Source: an uncultured Acidobacteriota bacterium (GTDB lineage: Bacteria > Acidobacteriota > Vicinamibacteria > Vicinamibacterales > 2-12-FULL-66-21). Taken from it: a stretch of DNA of 64,000 nucleotides. Location: assembly GCA_963749835.1 (NCBI GenBank), contig CAVVOD010000003.1:656721-720720 (forward strand), read 5' to 3'. Position 1 is the stretch's first letter. Every line of letters starts with the position of its first letter. The notes under the pieces were generated by a model. It worked only from the letters and a program-made list of their open reading frames with translations. It was not told where the DNA came from and ran no database searches. A program made the translations under genes and the position numbers. Shown piece by piece: positions 9,701-18,193 of this stretch.

Positions 9701-9970
9701 ACACGGGGCAAGAGAATTCTGCGAGAGGGCACGGAGGAAATTCCAACACGGAGACACGGGGACGCGGACACGCACGGAGAGAATCTGCTGGCTTGGTCCC
9801 GATCGGCGGTGGTCGAGCCGCGCCGGACGAAGACCGGCGCCCGACCACCCTCCCACTGGATTCAGAAAACCACGCCTGAACAGTGATTTCTGAGACTGCG
9901 CCCGCCGCCATCCGGACCTCTCCGTGCGTCCCCGTGCCTCCGCTACTCCGTGGTGAATCTTTCCGTGATC
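9701..9970. repeat. CACGG/CCGTG-array element flanking a GC hairpin (REP/MITE-like intergenic element)
   Basis: Five CACGG motifs lie on the left (9702, 9730, 9747, 9755, 9773). Four CCGTG motifs, their reverse complement, lie on the right (9922, 9932, 9948, 9963). They surround the hairpin at 9808-9849, between convergent genes. Confidence 0.55.
9808..9849. terminator. strong GC stem-loop between convergent genes (possible bidirectional terminator, no U-tract)
   Basis: GGTGGTCG (9808-15) pairs with CGACCACC (9842-49). GCGCCGG (9820-26) pairs with CCGGCGC (9834-40), with loop ACGAAGA. No T-run follows on either strand, so intrinsic-terminator function is uncertain. Confidence 0.3.
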
Positions 9971-10094
9971 TCCCGCAGCGTGCCTTGTCGCGATAGACGC
10001 ACGCATCAGTGTCGATATGCGTGCCGGAGTGCTGATACCCCTCGCGAAGTTGGTGTCGCTCCGTTCACACAGGTTCTGTCCGGCCGCAAAGCCG

Positions 10095-11174
10095 CTACGG
10101 CTTGATGGCAACCTTGACGGCGCCTTCCTGCCGACGCTCGAACACGTCCAGGGCGCGAGCGAACTGCGCAAGGGGGAAGCGGTGCGTGAGGAGCGGCGTG
10201 AGGTCGACGCGACCGCTCACGAGCAGCGCGAGCGCGGCCTCGGCCGTGTTGGGGTTGGCGCGATTGCCGACGATCTCGATCTCGTCGAGCACGATGCGCT
10301 TCATCGGCAGCTGCGGGTCCTCGTGCGGGATACCAATCACCGACACGGCGCCGCCCTTCGCCGCCGAAAGGCAGCAATCGCGCAGCGCCGCCGCCGTGCC
10401 GGCGCACTCGAGCACCGAAGGCACGCCGAGCCCGTCCGTCAACTCGCGCACCTCCTCGGGGACTCGCCCGCCGCGATAGTCGATCGGAATGGCGCCGAGC
10501 TGTTGCGCGAGATCGAGCCGGGCGCCAGAGCCCACGGCAATGATGCGTCCGGCCCCGAGCGCTCTGGCCACCAGAATGGCCATCAACCCCTGCGGTCCCG
10601 TTCCCATCACCAGCAGGTCGTCGCCCGGTTGCAGGCGGCTGCGCTTCACCGTGTAGAGCGCGATGCTCAGCGGATCGACGCATGCCGCCGTCTCGAGGCT
10701 GAAGCCGTCCGGCACGCGCACGAGGCTCTTCACCGATGCCCGCACGTACTCCGCATACGCGCCCGGCGTGATGTGTCCATACTGGCGGTGACCGCGAAGC
10801 GCGTGCCCGTAGTTCAGGCACAGGTTGTAGCGCCCGCGAAGACAGTTGCGGCAGTAGCCGCAGCCGCAATGCGAGATGGCGCACACCCGATCGCCAGGCT
10901 GCCAGCCGAGGCTGCTTGCGCGGCTGCCGGCCTCGACCACCATCGCCGACCACTCGTGTCCGGGCACGAAGGGGAACGACGGCGGCCAGAAGCCGGGAAA
11001 ATCGCCATTGATGATGTGCGGATCGGTCCCGCAGATGAACGTCGTGTCCACGCGGCACAGCACCTCGTCCGGATCGAGCGGGCCGGGAACCGGCATCTCC
11101 TCGACGGCAAACTGTCGGGGCGCGCGCAGCACGAGCGCGCGCATGTTCAGCGGCGGCGATGACACGGATGGCAT
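10095..11174 (-). CDS. zinc-dependent alcohol/polyol dehydrogenase (MDR family)
   Basis: GHEWSAMVVEAGS (catalytic Zn site), a CGYCRNCLRGRYNLC structural-Zn Cys cluster, and a GTGPQG Rossmann motif. An alternative start at ATG 11144 (MRALVLR...) is possible. Confidence 0.85.
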   Translation of the reverse strand: MPSVSSPPLNMRALVLRAPRQFAVEEMPVPGPLDPDEVLCRVDTTFICGTDPHIINGDFPGFWPPSFPFVPGHEWSAMVVEAGSRASSLGWQPGDRVCAISHCGCGYCRNCLRGRYNLCLNYGHALRGHRQYGHITPGAYAEYVRASVKSLVRVPDGFSLETAACVDPLSIALYTVKRSRLQPGDDLLVMGTGPQGLMAILVARALGAGRIIAVGSGARLDLAQQLGAIPIDYRGGRVPEEVRELTDGLGVPSVLECAGTAAALRDCCLSAAKGGAVSVIGIPHEDPQLPMKRIVLDEIEIVGNRANPNTAEAALALLVSGRVDLTPLLTHRFPLAQFARALDVFERRQEGAVKVAIKP

Positions 11175-11187
11175 GGGGGTGAAGCGA

Positions 11188-11419
11188 TCAGTCCTCGGTG
11201 AGCGCCACGGCGCGAATCGGTTGTCCGCACCCGTTGCGAATCTTCAGCGGCAGCCCCACGAAGGTGTAGGCGCGGCGTGGAATGCGATCGAGGTTGCGCA
11301 GGCTCTCGAAGGAAGACGGAGCCCGGCTTGAGCGTGAGCCGTTCGGCGACCAGATTTGCGAGCATGTTCGGCAGAATGTCCCGGTCCTTCATCACCCCAA
11401 CGCTATCCGGTTCGCTCAC
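11188..11419 (-). pseudogene. short cyclase-family (kynurenine formamidase-like) C-terminal fragment, frameshifted
   Basis: The GTG at 11419 overlaps the upstream stop (GTGA). It reads VSEPDSVGVMKDRDILPNMLANLVAERLTLKPGSVF. After a 1-nt shift near 11311 (the TTCC/TTC region) it reads FESLRNLDRIPRRAYTFVGLPLKIRNGCGQPIRAVALTED-stop. This tail resembles the C-terminus of putative cyclases. At about 77 aa it is too short for a full enzyme. Confidence 0.4.
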
Positions 11420-13872
11420 CGAGACGCGGCGGGCGCGCGCTCCGGCAGCGCGAACACGACGTAGCTGCTCGGACCCCTGGGTTCACCGTCAGCCTGCGTC
11501 CACGGCCCGCCTTCGCGAGACGCCTTGCCCCACGTCAGGGCAGTCGTCGCGCTGACAACGAGGTACTGGCGCCCGTTGATCTGGTACATCGCAGGAAGGC
11601 CCTCAGATCCGCGCGGCAGTTCGCCGGCCCAGAGTACATCGCCGGTGCGGGCGTCGTAGGCGCGCACCTTGCCGTCCTTCGCAGTCGAGAACAGCAGGCC
11701 GGTGGACGTGACGATCATCCCCATGCGCTGACCGCCACGGGGCACGCCGGTGTCGGTCGCGCCGAGCCCCGCCGCCATCTGATCGACGCCGAGCGGGCGC
11801 TGCCAGGTGATCGTCCCGGTGTTGAGATCGTAGGCCGTGATCTGCGCCCAGCGGCCGTTCATGATGTAAGGAAAGCCGAGTCCGTAGCCGGTGTAGTACC
11901 GCGACTTCGGCACTTCGATGCCTTCAGGGTAGGGCGCGCCGCCGGCGCGGAACTCCGGGCCGCGGACCACCTCGAGCCCGCCTGGCGCGCCGCCAACCGC
12001 GACGACCGGTCCTTCAGGGACTGTCGGTGGACCGCTGCCGGCAGGCCAGGCGCCTGGTCCCCCGGGGCCCGCGGCTCCGCCCCCTGCGCGCGTGACGGCG
12101 GGGTCGTCGGTGATGAACCCCCACATGGCGCGCATCGCCTCATCGTCGGTCGAGGGAAACGCCGGCATGTGTCCGCGGCCGGCAAGGACGACCTGACGGA
12201 AATCCTCGAATCTCACGCGCGAGCCGAGCCCAACCAGCGTCGGAGCGGTCGGCGTGCCGGTCCGATCCGCGCCGTGACACGACTGACAGCTCTGGGAATA
12301 GAGACTGCGGCCGCGCTGCTCGGGCGGAAACGCGCGCGCCGCGGCGTTGGGCGTCAGGTTCGGTGGATTCTCCGAGAGCTTGTAGAACGACGGAAAGTCC
12401 TGGCTGACTACGTAGACGAGCCCTTTCGCCGGGTTGGCGGCGGTGTTGCCCCAGTTGGCGCCCCCGACGGCGCCGGGCAGGGCCACGGTCTCGTGCTCGG
12501 TCGAGAGGGGCGCGAACAGGCCGTGTCGTGCCTTGCGGAGACGCTCGAGCCAGGTCGTGCGCTCCTCCGGCGTGAGGAAGAGCGGTGTCAGATCGGCCTC
12601 TCTCATCGACTGGCGTGCGAACGGCGCGGGCTTCGTCGGGAAGGGCTGCGTCGGCCACGTCGCCTCTCCCGGGACATCGCTCTTCGCAATCGCGCGCTCT
12701 TCGACAGGCCAGAGCGGCCGGCCGGTCACGCGGTCGAACACGAACAGGAAGCCATGCTTGGCGGCTTGCGCCACCGCATCGATCGTCTTTCCGTCGTGAC
12801 GCACCGTGATGAGCTGCGGCGCCGCGGTGAGGTCGTAATCCCAGAGGTCGTGGTGCACGACCTGGAAGTGCCAGAGACGCTTGCCGGTGCGCGCCTCGAT
12901 CGCGATCAGGCTGTTCGCGTAGAGATTGCTGCCGACCCGATCGGCGCCGTAGTAGTCGTAGGTCGGTGAGCCTGTCGGAAAATACGCGATGCCCCGTCTG
13001 GCGTCGACCGAGATCTCCCCCCAGGTGTTCGCACCGCCGACGTAGCGCCACGCGTCCTTCGGCCACGTCTCGTAGCCGTCCTCTCCCGGGTGCGGCACGG
13101 TGTGGAACGACCACACCTCCGCGCCGGTGACGACGTCGTAGGCGCGTAGCGTGCCCGGCGCCGAAAGATATCCCTCGCCCGGCGCCGAGCCGAGCAGCAG
13201 CAGGTTCTGGTAGATGCGGCCGGGCGTGCCTGACTGCACACGGCCCACGAAGGCGGGATCACGGCCGAGCCCCTGACGCAGATCGACGAGCCCGTTCTTC
13301 CCGAAGCTCAGAATCGACTTCCCGGTGGTGGCGTCGATGGCCTGGAGGTAGTTGTTGATCTGGAAGATCAGGCGGCGATCGCGCCGATCCGGGCTCTCCC
13401 AGTAGTTGATGCCGCGACGCGCGATCCCGCGCAGGCCCGCGTGAATCCAGCGCTCCTTGCCCGTCAGCGCGTCGAGCGCCACGAGCGAGCTGTTCTTCGC
13501 CAGCACGTACATCGTGGTGTCGACCACGATGGGGTTGAACTGGTAGACGTTGTTGTCGCCGACAGGATAGGTCCACGCCGGGCGCAGCGTACCGACGTTC
13601 TCCGGCGTGATCTCTTTCATGTCGACGTACTTCGAGGAGTCAGACGTCCCCCCGTAGTCGACCCAGCCGATCGATGGTGCCGGGCCCGCCGCGGCCCGGT
13701 CGGGACGAGCCTGGCCGCTGACGACGCAGGCGACGCCCAGGCCGATCGCGGCGGTGAGCACACCCGGCGGCACCAAGTGGGAGATGCGCGACCGATGCGT
13801 GGTCACAGAGCGAGCCGTGACCGGCCCGCAGGAATCGCGTTGCGTAGTGCGCAATGATCTATGCGGGCGCAT
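11416..13872 (-). CDS. PQQ-dependent dehydrogenase (beta-propeller) with embedded c-type cytochrome motif
   Basis: Propeller repeats are visible (WTYPVGDNNVYQFNPIVVDTTMYV..., ALDALTGKERW, AIDATTGK). A CQSCHG haem-binding site sits in an internal segment, and there is an N-terminal TM/signal segment. Start set to ATG 13872. The track ORF extends to 14013. Confidence 0.8.
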   Translation of the reverse strand: MRPHRSLRTTQRDSCGPVTARSVTTHRSRISHLVPPGVLTAAIGLGVACVVSGQARPDRAAAGPAPSIGWVDYGGTSDSSKYVDMKEITPENVGTLRPAWTYPVGDNNVYQFNPIVVDTTMYVLAKNSSLVALDALTGKERWIHAGLRGIARRGINYWESPDRRDRRLIFQINNYLQAIDATTGKSILSFGKNGLVDLRQGLGRDPAFVGRVQSGTPGRIYQNLLLLGSAPGEGYLSAPGTLRAYDVVTGAEVWSFHTVPHPGEDGYETWPKDAWRYVGGANTWGEISVDARRGIAYFPTGSPTYDYYGADRVGSNLYANSLIAIEARTGKRLWHFQVVHHDLWDYDLTAAPQLITVRHDGKTIDAVAQAAKHGFLFVFDRVTGRPLWPVEERAIAKSDVPGEATWPTQPFPTKPAPFARQSMREADLTPLFLTPEERTTWLERLRKARHGLFAPLSTEHETVALPGAVGGANWGNTAANPAKGLVYVVSQDFPSFYKLSENPPNLTPNAAARAFPPEQRGRSLYSQSCQSCHGADRTGTPTAPTLVGLGSRVRFEDFRQVVLAGRGHMPAFPSTDDEAMRAMWGFITDDPAVTRAGGGAAGPGGPGAWPAGSGPPTVPEGPVVAVGGAPGGLEVVRGPEFRAGGAPYPEGIEVPKSRYYTGYGLGFPYIMNGRWAQITAYDLNTGTITWQRPLGVDQMAAGLGATDTGVPRGGQRMGMIVTSTGLLFSTAKDGKVRAYDARTGDVLWAGELPRGSEGLPAMYQINGRQYLVVSATTALTWGKASREGGPWTQADGEPRGPSSYVVFALPERAPAASR

Positions 13873-14245
13873 CCTTGTGTCCTGACCGCGTGGATCGTGG
13901 CATAAGTCCCGGAGCGCGGCGCCCGCCTGGGCCCCCAACGCGGCTGCCGCGTTGGGGAGCCCCTGGCCAGGCGCGACAACCGAGAATACTAGCCGTATTT
14001 GAGGGAGGAGCAACGCCGCCAGGCCGGGGCCCCCGCCGCGCGTGTTTTGCGCGGTGGGGTGGAGAAGGGATGCCCCGCCCGGGAATTATGTCGCGAACCA
14101 CGCGGTCAGGACACTAGCTGCGCCCGAGACGATGAGTCAAGCGAGGCGGAGCGTCCGCCGGGGTGCGCGCCCAGCGATGCGTCCGCGTCGTGTCAAGCGT
14201 GCGAGGATGAATGGAGCGAGGACGCACAGCCCGAGGAGAACGCCC

Positions 14246-15175
14246 GTGAGCCGACCCGTGATCATCACCTGCGCCGTGACCGGCGCCATTCACACCCCGA
14301 CGATGAGCCCGCATCTGCCGATCACGCCGGCGGAGATTGCGCGCGAGGCGATTGCCGCGGCGGCGGCCGGCGCCGCGATCGTGCACCTGCACGCGCGCGA
14401 TCCGATCGACGGCCGTCCCACCGGCGATCCGGCGCGGTTTCTCGAGTTCCTGCCGGCGATTGCCGCGGCCTGCGACGTGGTCATCAACGTGACGACCGGG
14501 GGCGGTCAGAACATGACGGTGCAGGACCGGCTCGCCTGCGCGGTACGGTGCCGGCCGGAGATGTGCTCGCTCAACATGGGGTCGATGAACTTCGGGCTCT
14601 ACCCCGCCATGGCGCGTTACCAGACCTTCACCCACGCGTGGGAACCTGCGTACCTCGAGGCCAGCCGCGACTTCATTTTTCGAAACACGTTCAAGGACAT
14701 CGAATACATCCTGCAGACGCTCGGCGAAGGCTGCGGCACGCGCTTCGAGCTCGAGTGCTACGACGTCGGTCACCTCTACAGCCTCGCGCACCTCGCCGAT
14801 CGCGGGCTGATCACACCGCCCCTCTTCGTCCAGGTCATCCTCGGCATCCTCGGCGGCATCGGCGCCGACGCCGACAACCTCCTGCACATGCGCACCACCG
14901 CGCACAAGTTGTTCGGCGACGATCTCGAATGGTCGGTGCTCGCGGCGGGCCGTCATCAGATGGGGCTGGCGACTATCGGCGCCGTGTGCGGATCGAACGT
15001 GCGGGTCGGTCTCGAGGACAGCGTGTACCTCGCGAAGGGGCAGCTGGCCGCCAGCAACGCGGATCAGGTGGCCAAGATTCGACGCATCCTCGAGGAGCTG
15101 TCGCTGGAGATCGCGAGCCCCGACGACGCCCGGCGCCGCCTGTCGCTCAAGGGACGAGCGAACGTGGCCTTCTGA
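14246..15175 (+). CDS. beta-keto acid cleavage enzyme family (3-keto-5-aminohexanoate cleavage enzyme-like, DUF849)
   Basis: PVIITCAVTGAIHTPTMSPHLPITPAEIAREAIAAAAAGAAIVHLHARDP is the family N-terminal signature. Start chosen at GTG 14246, which lies 7 nt after GAGGAG (14233-38). The track ORF starts at 14042. Confidence 0.85.
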   Translation: MSRPVIITCAVTGAIHTPTMSPHLPITPAEIAREAIAAAAAGAAIVHLHARDPIDGRPTGDPARFLEFLPAIAAACDVVINVTTGGGQNMTVQDRLACAVRCRPEMCSLNMGSMNFGLYPAMARYQTFTHAWEPAYLEASRDFIFRNTFKDIEYILQTLGEGCGTRFELECYDVGHLYSLAHLADRGLITPPLFVQVILGILGGIGADADNLLHMRTTAHKLFGDDLEWSVLAAGRHQMGLATIGAVCGSNVRVGLEDSVYLAKGQLAASNADQVAKIRRILEELSLEIASPDDARRRLSLKGRANVAF

Positions 15176-15435
15176 CCAACGCGCCGGAGCGCACACGAGC
15201 CGTTCCCAGGAGGCACACGTTCGCGTCGACGCGGTACGCCCTGAACTGCTCCCCTTCTGCTACGATGCCGCATCGCAGGGCGTCCCTGCGCAGCGACCCC
15301 GATCTGCTCGCGTGACAATCACTAGACCAGAAGCAGCACGTTGGTGGCGCGCGCTGCGGCTGGAAGATGATGGGCGGAAGGCTCGTCGGCCTGCTCGCGA
15401 GAATCCCATGAGCGCTCGTCTTCAGAGGTGTCCCC

Positions 15436-15660
15436 TTGAACTGGAACCATTGGATTCGGCAATTCCACCGCTGGGTATCCATCGTCTTCACGGTGGCCGT
15501 CATCGCCAACTTCGTCGCCCTGGCACAGGGGGATGGGATGCCTCCGCCCTGGGTGACCTACTCGCCGCTGCTCCCGCTCGCTTTGCTCCTGTTCAGCGGT
15601 CTCTACATGTTCGTGCTGCCATATGCCGCCAGGTGGCGCGGCGCGCGACGCACCGGTTGA
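15436..15660 (+). CDS. small two-helix membrane protein (hypothetical)
   Basis: 74-aa ORF with a TTG start, strong GC3 bias and two hydrophobic helices (WVSIVFTVAVIANFVAL; LLPLALLLFSGLYMFVL). No family recognised. Confidence 0.45.
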   Translation: MNWNHWIRQFHRWVSIVFTVAVIANFVALAQGDGMPPPWVTYSPLLPLALLLFSGLYMFVLPYAARWRGARRTG

Positions 15661-15764
15661 ACGCGCGGCCGGCCGCACGACGAAAGGCTGCGTCGCCCAC
15701 ACACTCAGGAGGAAACCGTGCTGAGACTGAAGATCATGAACCTCTGTGTGGAGGCGTCATCACT

Positions 15765-16277
15765 ATGAAGGCGCCGCGAGATCCCATGGGCATGCCAGGC
15801 AAGGCGAAGCCGACGTCCAAGAACCGCGACCAGGAAGATTGGCACGAGGAGACCCTGACGCGCATGCGGGCGCTGATCCTCGAAGCCGACCCCGAGATGA
15901 TCGAAGTGCGAAAATGGAGGAAGCCGTCGAATGCGATGGCGGGGGTCCCGGTCTGGTCGCACAACGGGATCGTCTGCACCGGGGAGTCGTACACGAAGGC
16001 CGTGAAGCTCACGTTCGCCCAGGGAGCCAGGATTCCAGACCCATCGCACCTCTTCAATTCCAGCCTGGAAGGCAACACACGAAGAGCGATCGACATCCAC
16101 GAAGGGGAGAAGATCGACGCGGGCGCGTTCAAGGCGCTCGTGAAGGCCGCGGTCTCCCAGAATGGCCCTCCGGCGGCTGGTCGAGCGGGTGCTGCCCGCA
16201 GCGTCGTACCGGCGAAGGCGAGCGCGAAAGCCAGGCCAGGTGCGAGGAAGGCCAGGCCGATCAAGCGAAAAGCGTAG
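15765..16277 (+). CDS. DUF1801 (YdhG-like) domain protein
   Basis: Start at ATG 15765 (MKAPRDP...). The block LTRMRALILEADPEMIEVRKWRKPSNAMAGVPVWSHNGIVCTGESYTKAVKLTFAQGA resembles the YdhG/DUF1801 family. The C-terminal tail is basic. Confidence 0.65.
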   Translation: MKAPRDPMGMPGKAKPTSKNRDQEDWHEETLTRMRALILEADPEMIEVRKWRKPSNAMAGVPVWSHNGIVCTGESYTKAVKLTFAQGARIPDPSHLFNSSLEGNTRRAIDIHEGEKIDAGAFKALVKAAVSQNGPPAAGRAGAARSVVPAKASAKARPGARKARPIKRKA

Positions 16278-16468
16278 GTGCGATTCGACCACGTTCGGGC
16301 AGGTGCTGGGACACCATCACCGAAGTGTGCGAGACTCATCGATGCTGGTCATGTGGGAGCGACCGTCCCTGGATCCATTGGCACTCCGATCAGGCCAGCC
16401 TTCGAAACCGGACGAGCCGCCCCGGGTCGAGACGTCCATGGGGCTCGAACCCACGAACGCATTGCTCC

Positions 16469-17341
16469 ATGCATGCCCACGGTGACCCGATCGACAGGGA
16501 GTCTGCGCCCTTCGATCAGTACAGCAGCATTCACCCGCTAGCCCAGGACCGCAGCGGCCACGCCTCGGTGGAACATGGCCGGCACCATCTCTACGTCGGG
16601 CGCGACAAGCGGACCCGGGCGGATGTGCTCATCAAAGTGACGGGCAAGCCGGGGCTCGTCTACGAGCAGAATCTCACCAACGCATTCGCCACGCTCTCGA
16701 CCATCAATCGCGAACTGCCGGACTCGCGGTTCTTTCCGGTGCTCGTGGAACAGGGCCGCCTGCGCGATGGACGGGTGTACATGACCACCTCACTGTTCGA
16801 CGAGCTTCCACTGGCGACGACCATCGGCACGGAACGGATGCCTGACATGATGGTCGGCCATCTGAGGGCGGCGATAGAAGTCGCCAGGGCATTGGCCGAG
16901 CTTCATGGCCTGGGAATCTTCCACGTCGATTTGAATCCCATGAATATCCTGTACAGGTCCGAGAAGGGCAGGCCGGTGATCAGGATTGTGGACTTTGAAT
17001 CGTCGTATGAGCTGGCACGGCATGCGACTGGTGTCTTCTACAATCCGCCGACGACCCCGGGATATTCGGCGCCAGAAGTGCCCCGTCAAGCGCCGGATGC
17101 GCGCTCGGATGTGTTCTCCCTGGGTGCGGTGCTCTACACGATGCTGGCCAGCTATCAATGGACCTGGGAAGCTGACGTCGGCACGTCAGTCGACGCAGAT
17201 ACCGAGATCGAGCCGGAGCTCAAGCGGATTCTCCGCACCGCAGTCGAGCCGATTCCGCGCAAACGGTATCGATCCATCCAGGAGTTTCACGACGCGCTCG
17301 CGGCGTATCTGGAACGCATATGGCCCGGGCGATCGTGGTAG
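16469..17341 (+). CDS. protein kinase-like domain protein (atypical Ser/Thr kinase)
   Basis: Start at ATG 16469. The catalytic loop is HVDLNPMNIL. IVDFE stands in place of DFG, and GYSAPE and SDVFSLGAVLYTML form the APE/subdomain IX region. Confidence 0.7.
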   Translation: MHAHGDPIDRESAPFDQYSSIHPLAQDRSGHASVEHGRHHLYVGRDKRTRADVLIKVTGKPGLVYEQNLTNAFATLSTINRELPDSRFFPVLVEQGRLRDGRVYMTTSLFDELPLATTIGTERMPDMMVGHLRAAIEVARALAELHGLGIFHVDLNPMNILYRSEKGRPVIRIVDFESSYELARHATGVFYNPPTTPGYSAPEVPRQAPDARSDVFSLGAVLYTMLASYQWTWEADVGTSVDADTEIEPELKRILRTAVEPIPRKRYRSIQEFHDALAAYLERIWPGRSW

Positions 17342-17428
17342 GCCCCCTGGCCATGTCTGTTGTGGGGGCGCGCGACATAAAAGCCCCGACTTCATCCAGA
17401 GGAACCATAGAATGGTGCCGCTTTACTC

Positions 17429-18079
17429 ATGGAGGTACCAGTGAACCGATTGAATTCAGCCCTGCTCGCGGCCGCGGCCTTGTGTGTCGCCCCGCCCGCA
17501 TCCGCGCAAACCCCCGGTCAAATTGCCGAAAGCGAGCGTGCCGCGCTCGTCCAGCACCTGACGACAACCCGCGATCAGGTGCTGGCGGAGAGCGCCAAGC
17601 TGACCGATGCGCAGTGGACGTTCAAAGCGGGTCCGGACCGGTGGTCTGTGGGCGAAGTCGTTCAGCACCTCGTATTGGCGGAGCCGTTCCTCTTCGAGAC
17701 GCAGCAGAAAGTGCTCAGCGCGCCGCCGGCCACCGCCGAACAAGTGGCGGCCGCCAAAGGCAAGGAAGAGATGATCCGGAAGGTGATTCCGGATCGAACG
17801 CAGAAGTTCCAGGCGCCCGAGCCGCTGCAACCGACCACGGCATCCAAGATGGGTGGGCAGGCGGAAACGGTCGCGGCTTTCAGAGATCGTCGCGCGAAGA
17901 CCATCGACTACGCGACGAAGACGAAGGACGATCTCCGCGGGCGCATCGGCGACTCGCCGCTGGGCCCGCTCGACGGCTATCAGTGGCTGGTCTTCATCGC
18001 CGCGCACACCGAGCGGCACCTCGCACAGCTCAAAGAGGTCAAGGCGGATCCAAAGTTCCCGAAAGCCGCCGCGAACTGA
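17429..18079 (+). CDS. DinB-family protein with signal peptide
   Basis: Four-helix DinB pattern: WSVGEVVQHLVLAE ... IAAHTERHLAQL (His triad). The N-terminus LLAAAALCVAPPASAQ is signal-like. A GTG at 17441, 5 nt after GGAGG, is a likely alternative start. Confidence 0.7.
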   Translation: MEVPVNRLNSALLAAAALCVAPPASAQTPGQIAESERAALVQHLTTTRDQVLAESAKLTDAQWTFKAGPDRWSVGEVVQHLVLAEPFLFETQQKVLSAPPATAEQVAAAKGKEEMIRKVIPDRTQKFQAPEPLQPTTASKMGGQAETVAAFRDRRAKTIDYATKTKDDLRGRIGDSPLGPLDGYQWLVFIAAHTERHLAQLKEVKADPKFPKAAAN

Positions 18080-18193
18080 CGCCGGACGCTCGGCGTGATG
18101 CAGGAACGCCAGGCGGGTTGCACGATCACGATTGGCCAGCAGATCGTCGGCTTCTCGCTCGGGCTGAAGAGGCGGTCAGGGAGGCGCGGAGCG

